Below are positions 37,538 to 42,837 of a stretch of 42,837 bases of DNA, one piece after another. This DNA is from a bacterium (GTDB taxonomy: Bacteria; Bacteroidota; Ignavibacteria; UBA10030). The DNA is taken from positions 1-42,837 of the forward strand of contig JAZDJN010000062.1 in assembly GCA_043803945.1 (NCBI GenBank). Reading direction: 5' to 3'. Every line of letters starts with the position of its first letter. Within the stretch, counting starts at the first letter, position 1. A model generated the notes under the pieces. That model searched no databases, had not been told where the DNA came from, and saw only the letters and a list, made by a program, of their open reading frames with translations. The position numbers were made by a program, and so were the translations under genes.

Positions 37538-38119
37538 GTGACTTTGCCAAAAGAAGAAACCCTGCAAATTTTTCGTGAAACCGGCGCTCTTCTCGAAGGG
37601 CATTTTAAACTCACCTCAGGTTTGCACAGTTCGCAATACTTCCAGTGTGCGAAAGTTTTGCAATATCCAAAGTATCTCCACCTTCTCTCCGGAGAAATTG
37701 CCAAACATTTCGAGTATGCAAACATTGAACTTGTGATCTCTCCCGCCATCGGCGGCGTCGTTGTAGGAACCGAAGTAGGACGCATGATGGATGTCCGGAC
37801 AATCTTCGCTGAGCGTGCGGACAACAAAATGCAACTGCGCCGCGGTTTCGAAATCAAACCCGGCGAGCGTGTCCTGGTGGTGGAGGATGTGGTAACCACC
37901 GGCGGATCCGTATTTGAAATCGTTGAACTCGTAAAACAGGCGAATGCCGTGCTCAGCGGTGTCGGTTTTATCGTCGATCGGAGCAATGGAAAGGTCAAGT
38001 TTGACACCAAGCAATTCTCCACCTTGCAGCTCGATGTCGTTGCTCATAAACCTGAGGAATGCCCGCTCTGCGCCCAGGGTCTCCCTGTTACAAAACCCGG
38101 CAGCAGAGGCAACACATAA
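37538..38119 (+). CDS. pyrE: Orotate phosphoribosyltransferase
   Basis: GHFKLTSGLHS, LRRGF, VEDVVTTGGS, KPGSR. Confidence 0.97.
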   Translation: MTLPKEETLQIFRETGALLEGHFKLTSGLHSSQYFQCAKVLQYPKYLHLLSGEIAKHFEYANIELVISPAIGGVVVGTEVGRMMDVRTIFAERADNKMQLRRGFEIKPGERVLVVEDVVTTGGSVFEIVELVKQANAVLSGVGFIVDRSNGKVKFDTKQFSTLQLDVVAHKPEECPLCAQGLPVTKPGSRGNT

Positions 38120-38146
38120 CTCATCGTTGCAGGAGTAAGACAACAT

Positions 38147-39256
38147 ATGCTCGATGCAGTAAAAGACTATTTTACTTACGGCATGGGAGTCCACGTTGGA
38201 AACGGAATCCTGTTCTTCGTGGGATCGATGCTGATCGGCTTTTTTATCAAGAGGTTTTTAAATTCGGCAATCCGGAAATTCATTTCCCGAACTAAAACCG
38301 AGCTCGATGATGCGATCCTTGATGTTATTCTTCCTCATATCAAATGGATAACGATCATCATTGCCAGTTACCTGGCCTTAGAGGAATTGACCAAAGGATT
38401 CACCCCGCAGGACAAGCGCAGCCTGCAGCTTATTGCGTATGCCAATGCGTTACTTTACATTTCGTTCGTCTGGATCATTTCGGTCATCGCAATCCGCTTG
38501 ACGGATGTCTTCATCAAGCATGCGATGGAGCGTCATGCACAACGCACATCAGCCAAACTGAATGAAGCAGTACTGCCTCTCCTCCACCGTGCCGTAGTGA
38601 TCACCATTGTGCTGATTGCCGGTATCACGGTTCTCGGTCAGTTTGGGGTAAATATCAGCAGCCTTCTGCTTTCCCTTGGCGGACTCTCTGTCGCAATCGC
38701 CCTTGCAGCACAGGACACACTTTCCAATATGTTCGCCGGATTTGTCATCATGCTCGATCGGCCCTTCCGCCTCGGTGATCGGATAAAACTTCCAACCGGA
38801 GAAGTGGGCGACGTCCATGAAATCGGATTACGAAGTACCAAAGTGCTCGACTTCGACAACAACCTTATTGTCAGCCCGAACGCCGAACTGATCAAATCGA
38901 AAATCATCAACTATTCCCGCCCGGAGACGGCAATCAGAGTGATGATAGAATTAAGCGTCGCATACGGTACGGATATCGATAAAGCCAGATCGATCCTGCT
39001 TACTGCAACGAAGGGAAATTCACTAATCCTCCATGACCCCATTCCCGAGGTCTTTGTCTCGGCTCTTACCGATGCCGGATGCCACCTCATGCTCGTTGCC
39101 CGAACGAATGATTTCAGGAAGAAGTGGCAAGCAGAGACCGAAATCCGTGAACAGGTATACTATGCCTTTGCGGCTGCAGGAATTCAACCGGGATTTCCCC
39201 AGCGCGTCATTCATACATCACCCGCATCGAAGAATGTCAATCCCGCAAACACGTAA
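38147..39256 (+). CDS. MscS-family mechanosensitive channel
   Basis: ALAAQDTLSN, DRPFRLGD, IGLRST, INYS, VAYGTD, FPQR. Confidence 0.95.
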   Translation: MLDAVKDYFTYGMGVHVGNGILFFVGSMLIGFFIKRFLNSAIRKFISRTKTELDDAILDVILPHIKWITIIIASYLALEELTKGFTPQDKRSLQLIAYANALLYISFVWIISVIAIRLTDVFIKHAMERHAQRTSAKLNEAVLPLLHRAVVITIVLIAGITVLGQFGVNISSLLLSLGGLSVAIALAAQDTLSNMFAGFVIMLDRPFRLGDRIKLPTGEVGDVHEIGLRSTKVLDFDNNLIVSPNAELIKSKIINYSRPETAIRVMIELSVAYGTDIDKARSILLTATKGNSLILHDPIPEVFVSALTDAGCHLMLVARTNDFRKKWQAETEIREQVYYAFAAAGIQPGFPQRVIHTSPASKNVNPANT

Positions 39257-39791
39257 ATCGGAATTTCGATACAAAGGGAAAGTATTCAATCTTATCGTTG
39301 ACGAGGTTGAATTCCCTTCAGGTGCAGTGGGAATCCATGAAATTGCGGATCATCCTGGTGGAGCTGTCATTGTACCAATGATCGACGACGATCATATCCT
39401 GCTCGTCAAGCAATACCGCTACGCGGTGAAAAGGGTTGTCTATGAATTACCGGCAGGAAAGCTTGAACCGGGAGAACAACCGGAAGCCTGCGCCGCGCGT
39501 GAACTGGAGGAAGAAACCGGATATCGGGCTGCCACCCTCCATCGGTTGATCTCGGTCTATACGACACCGGGATTCTGTAATGAAATCCTCCATATCTTTC
39601 TTGCAACCGGCTTACAATTGGTACCGCAAGGACAAGATCTGGAAGAGGGTGAAATCGGTATGACCGTAGAACGGATGCCGCTCCGGCAAGCTGTAGAAAT
39701 GATTTTCCGGGAAGAAATTATCGACAGCAAAACTATTTGCGGCATCTTCCTGACACAACGCACTCTGGCACAAACCAGGATTGACCCATGA
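39234..39791 (+). CDS. nudF: NUDIX hydrolase (ADP-ribose pyrophosphatase-like)
   Basis: HPGG, QYRY, ELPAGKLE...AARELEEETGY Nudix box; true start probably ATG 39234. Confidence 0.9.
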   Translation: MSIPQTRKSEFRYKGKVFNLIVDEVEFPSGAVGIHEIADHPGGAVIVPMIDDDHILLVKQYRYAVKRVVYELPAGKLEPGEQPEACAARELEEETGYRAATLHRLISVYTTPGFCNEILHIFLATGLQLVPQGQDLEEGEIGMTVERMPLRQAVEMIFREEIIDSKTICGIFLTQRTLAQTRIDP

Positions 39792-41134
39792 ACGCAGTCG
39801 ACCTCATCAGGAAGAAACGGAACGGATTAGCACTGACAGAAGCAGAACTTCAATGGCTTATCCAGTCATACGTAGAGGGTGGAGTGCCGGATTATCAAAT
39901 GTCGGCATTTCTTATGGCATGTTACTTCCGCGGCATGAGCATGGAAGAGACACTGACATTCACCCGATTGATGGTGCACTCCGGTGAAGTGATCGATCTG
40001 ACAGAGATACCAGGAGTTAAAGTCGACAAGCATTCAACCGGCGGTGTCGGTGATAAAGTCTCCCTTATTCTCGCTCCTATTGTTGCGGCGTGCGGAGTTC
40101 CAGTCCCGATGATCTCAGGACGCGGCCTTGGCCACACTGGAGGAACGCTGGACAAACTTGAGTCGATCCCTGGTTTTCGCACTAATCTCACCGTAGCGGA
40201 ATTCAAAAACATTATACGTGAAATTAATGTGGTGATGATCGGTCAAACGCGGGAGATTACCCCAGCCGATAAAAAAATGTATGCGCTTCGTGATGTAACA
40301 GCTACAATCGAATGCTACCCTCTTATTGCAGGGAGCATCCTCAGCAAGAAAATTGCAGAAGGAATCGATGCTTTGGTTCTCGATATCAAATGTGGGCGCG
40401 GTGCATTTATGCAATCAGACGATCAGGCGCTTGGCCTTGCTGAGCTGCTTGTTCAGGTCGGTGGAAATTTTGGAAAGGAAACCATCGCATTCATTTCCGA
40501 TATGAATCAACCGCTCGGCATTGCAATTGGCAACTGGCTGGAAGTCGTCGAATCCGTGGAGTGCCTGCGGGGCACACGGGGTGCGGAGGATGGCTCGAAG
40601 GACCTGATGGAGGTAACCTATGTGCTCAGCGGAGCGATGCTCATGCTGGGCAGGAAAGCAGGTTCCATTGAGGAAGGAATCGCCATCGCAAAACAGGCAA
40701 TCAAGGATGGATCGGCCTACACAAAATTTCTTCAACTCGTCCACGCACAGAATGGCGATACACACGCGATAGAAAACCTTGAACGCTATCCTATCTCAAA
40801 TCATGTGCTGGAAGTACGTGCTGAAGAAGGCGGTTACGTTACTGCGATTGATTCTCTGGAGCTGGGATTAACAAGCATAACCCTCGGTGCCGGACGCTTA
40901 CGAGTCGATGACCGTATCGATCCTAAAGCCGGAATTGTTTTGAAACAGAAGGTCGGAGACCGGGTGAATGATTATGAGCCGCTCGCGCTCTTTTATACGG
41001 ACCGGGAGGATGTACTCGAGAGAGCGAAGGAGAGAATTAAAAAAGCATTTTCAATCGGAGTGGTCCAATCACCGCCATCGCCACTCATTTCTGCGCTTGT
41101 GACCAAGCAAGGTGTTCAGAAGTGGAAATTGTGA
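39788..41134 (+). CDS. pdp: Pyrimidine-nucleoside / thymidine phosphorylase
   Basis: DKHSTGGVGDK, SGRGLGHTGGTLDKLE, YALRDVT, SKK, DMNQPLG. Confidence 0.96.
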   Translation: MNAVDLIRKKRNGLALTEAELQWLIQSYVEGGVPDYQMSAFLMACYFRGMSMEETLTFTRLMVHSGEVIDLTEIPGVKVDKHSTGGVGDKVSLILAPIVAACGVPVPMISGRGLGHTGGTLDKLESIPGFRTNLTVAEFKNIIREINVVMIGQTREITPADKKMYALRDVTATIECYPLIAGSILSKKIAEGIDALVLDIKCGRGAFMQSDDQALGLAELLVQVGGNFGKETIAFISDMNQPLGIAIGNWLEVVESVECLRGTRGAEDGSKDLMEVTYVLSGAMLMLGRKAGSIEEGIAIAKQAIKDGSAYTKFLQLVHAQNGDTHAIENLERYPISNHVLEVRAEEGGYVTAIDSLELGLTSITLGAGRLRVDDRIDPKAGIVLKQKVGDRVNDYEPLALFYTDREDVLERAKERIKKAFSIGVVQSPPSPLISALVTKQGVQKWKL

Positions 41135-41300
41135 AGAGGGAAAAGATTGCGATTTATTGATTCCTTCCTGATGTTCTAATGGCTCTAGCGGTTTCATTGA
41201 TCACTCACATTTACTCATGATATTTGTCATAGACAGTGCGCTTCCGCACAAAATTGTCCACAAATTAATGGTATTGGTAATTCACGAGAAAAGAAAATAA

Positions 41301-42770
41301 ATGGACCAAGCCACACATAATAAAATCGTTTCCTTTATCTGGGGAATCGCTGATGACGTTCTTCGCGACCTCTTCAAACGCGGCAAATATCCAGATGTCA
41401 TTCTGCCGATGTGCGCCCTCCGCCGCCTCGATGCCGTGCTAGAACCAACAAAGAAGGCTGTCCTCGATACAAAAGAGATGCTCGACAAAGCTGGCATCAC
41501 CGAACAACGTGCCGCGTTGTGTGATACAGCCGGACAAGCATTTTACAATACTTCCAAATTCACACTCCGTGACTTGAAATCCCGTGCAAGCGAACAACAA
41601 CTCAGGGCTGACTTTGAAGCTTACCTCGACGGTTTTTCGCTGAATGTTCAGGATATCCTAGAGAATTTTAAATTCCGTAATCAAATTCCCACGCTGTCGA
41701 AATCTGATTCACTTGGTACACTCATTGCGAAGTTTCTGGATCCCGAAATCAATTTAAGCCCGAAGCCCGTTCTTAACGGCGACGGTACCATCAAACAGCC
41801 TGGCATGGATAATCACTCCATGGGTACAGTCTTCGAGGAACTCGTACGAAAATTCAACGAAGAAAACAATGAGGAAGCGGGAGAACACTGGACTCCACGC
41901 GATGCGGTAAAACTGATGGCTAATCTCGTCTTTCTCCCCATTGCAGATATAATTCAATCGGGTTCGTATCTTCTTTACGACGGAGCACTTGGTACAGGTG
42001 GCATGGTCACAGTTGCGGAAGAGAGGCTGCGGACGATCGTTTCCGAAAAAGGGAAACAAGTATCCACGCATCTCTATGGTCAGGAGATCAACCCAGAAAC
42101 GTATGCGATTTGTAAAGCTGATATGATATTAAAGGGTGAGCGAGAAACCGGTGACCATATCGTTGGCGGTGCCGAGTGGTCTACACTCTTACACGATGCA
42201 TTCCCAGCTCATGAGTTCGATTTCATGCTCTCCAATCCACCTTACGGCAAGAGTTGGAAGAAAGACCTCGAACAGATGGGCGGCAAGGAAGAAATGCGCG
42301 ACCCGCGTTTCAAGGTCATGCATCAAGACGAAGAACTTTCTCTCGTAACCCGATCAAGCGACGGCCAACTGCTGTTCCTCGCCAACATGGCGTCAAAGAT
42401 GAACCATAAGACGCCTCTCGGCAGCCGCATTGCCGAAGTCCACAACGGCTCGTCCCTCTTTACAGGCGATGCAGGGCAGGGCGAGAGCAACATTCGCCGG
42501 TGGATCATCGAAAACGATTGGCTTGAAGCGATAGTTGCTCTACCTCTAAACATGTTCTATAATACTGGTATCGCCACTTACATATGGGTACTAACGAACC
42601 GAAAACCAGTTCATCGTAGAGGGAAGGTTCAGCTTATTGATGCCACGCAATGGTTCAAACCGCTCCGCAAGAACCTCGGCAAGAAAAACTGCGAACTAGC
42701 CCAAGTTCGACAGTTCAAAAATATTTTTGATCATTTTCTGATGAAAGTCCGCGAATGGAGCGAGCATTAG
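41301..42770 (+). CDS. hsdM: Type I restriction-modification methyltransferase subunit M, probably C-terminally truncated
   Basis: IWGIADD, AGEHWTPR, YDGALGTGGM, YGQEIN, SNPPY, MFYNTGIATY; similarity appears to stop after KNCEL. Confidence 0.88.
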   Translation: MDQATHNKIVSFIWGIADDVLRDLFKRGKYPDVILPMCALRRLDAVLEPTKKAVLDTKEMLDKAGITEQRAALCDTAGQAFYNTSKFTLRDLKSRASEQQLRADFEAYLDGFSLNVQDILENFKFRNQIPTLSKSDSLGTLIAKFLDPEINLSPKPVLNGDGTIKQPGMDNHSMGTVFEELVRKFNEENNEEAGEHWTPRDAVKLMANLVFLPIADIIQSGSYLLYDGALGTGGMVTVAEERLRTIVSEKGKQVSTHLYGQEINPETYAICKADMILKGERETGDHIVGGAEWSTLLHDAFPAHEFDFMLSNPPYGKSWKKDLEQMGGKEEMRDPRFKVMHQDEELSLVTRSSDGQLLFLANMASKMNHKTPLGSRIAEVHNGSSLFTGDAGQGESNIRRWIIENDWLEAIVALPLNMFYNTGIATYIWVLTNRKPVHRRGKVQLIDATQWFKPLRKNLGKKNCELAQVRQFKNIFDHFLMKVREWSEH

Positions 42771-42837
42771 GCGATTCTCTATAAAAGTGCTATGTAGTGC
42801 CGACCTACCCCCTTGCGGAGGGCATGGTCGCTGTAGT

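Noticed and set aside
1-42837. rRNA, tRNA or riboswitch genes
   Set aside because: No recognisable cloverleaf or conserved RNA motif seen; a covariance-model search was not possible.

Overview
Chromosomal window from a bacterium that looks like Bacteroidota/Ignavibacteria (inferred from protein styles, e.g. a lamin-tail/FlgD-type secreted protein). The left third is a complete type I (I-B-like) CRISPR-Cas locus on the minus strand: cas6-cas5-cas3-cas8(+probable internal cas11)-cas7-[RAYT]-cas4-[four-helix-bundle gene]-cas1-cas2-leader-array. The array has 83 repeats by manual count, falls into three repeat-variant blocks, and probably runs off the left edge. Two passenger genes sit inside the cas operon: a REP-associated tyrosine transposase (RAYT), whose GAAGG-N3-CCTTC palindrome doublets occupy four cas gene junctions, and a four-helix-bundle gene framed by inverted heptamer arrays. 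A second RAYT (20044-20595) has two other REP-like families. Just upstream of it is a 30-nt repeat / 27-nt spacer / 30-nt repeat unit whose spacer starts with an exact 21-nt copy of that RAYT's own coding sequence. The rest is mostly housekeeping (pepT, OPT transporter, TrmH, M16 peptidase pair, glnD, murI, def, phhB, uppP, pyrE, MscS, NUDIX, pdp), plus an orphan DNA methyltransferase, several gene remnants and a probably truncated hsdM. All calls come from reading the sequence by eye; no searches were run.
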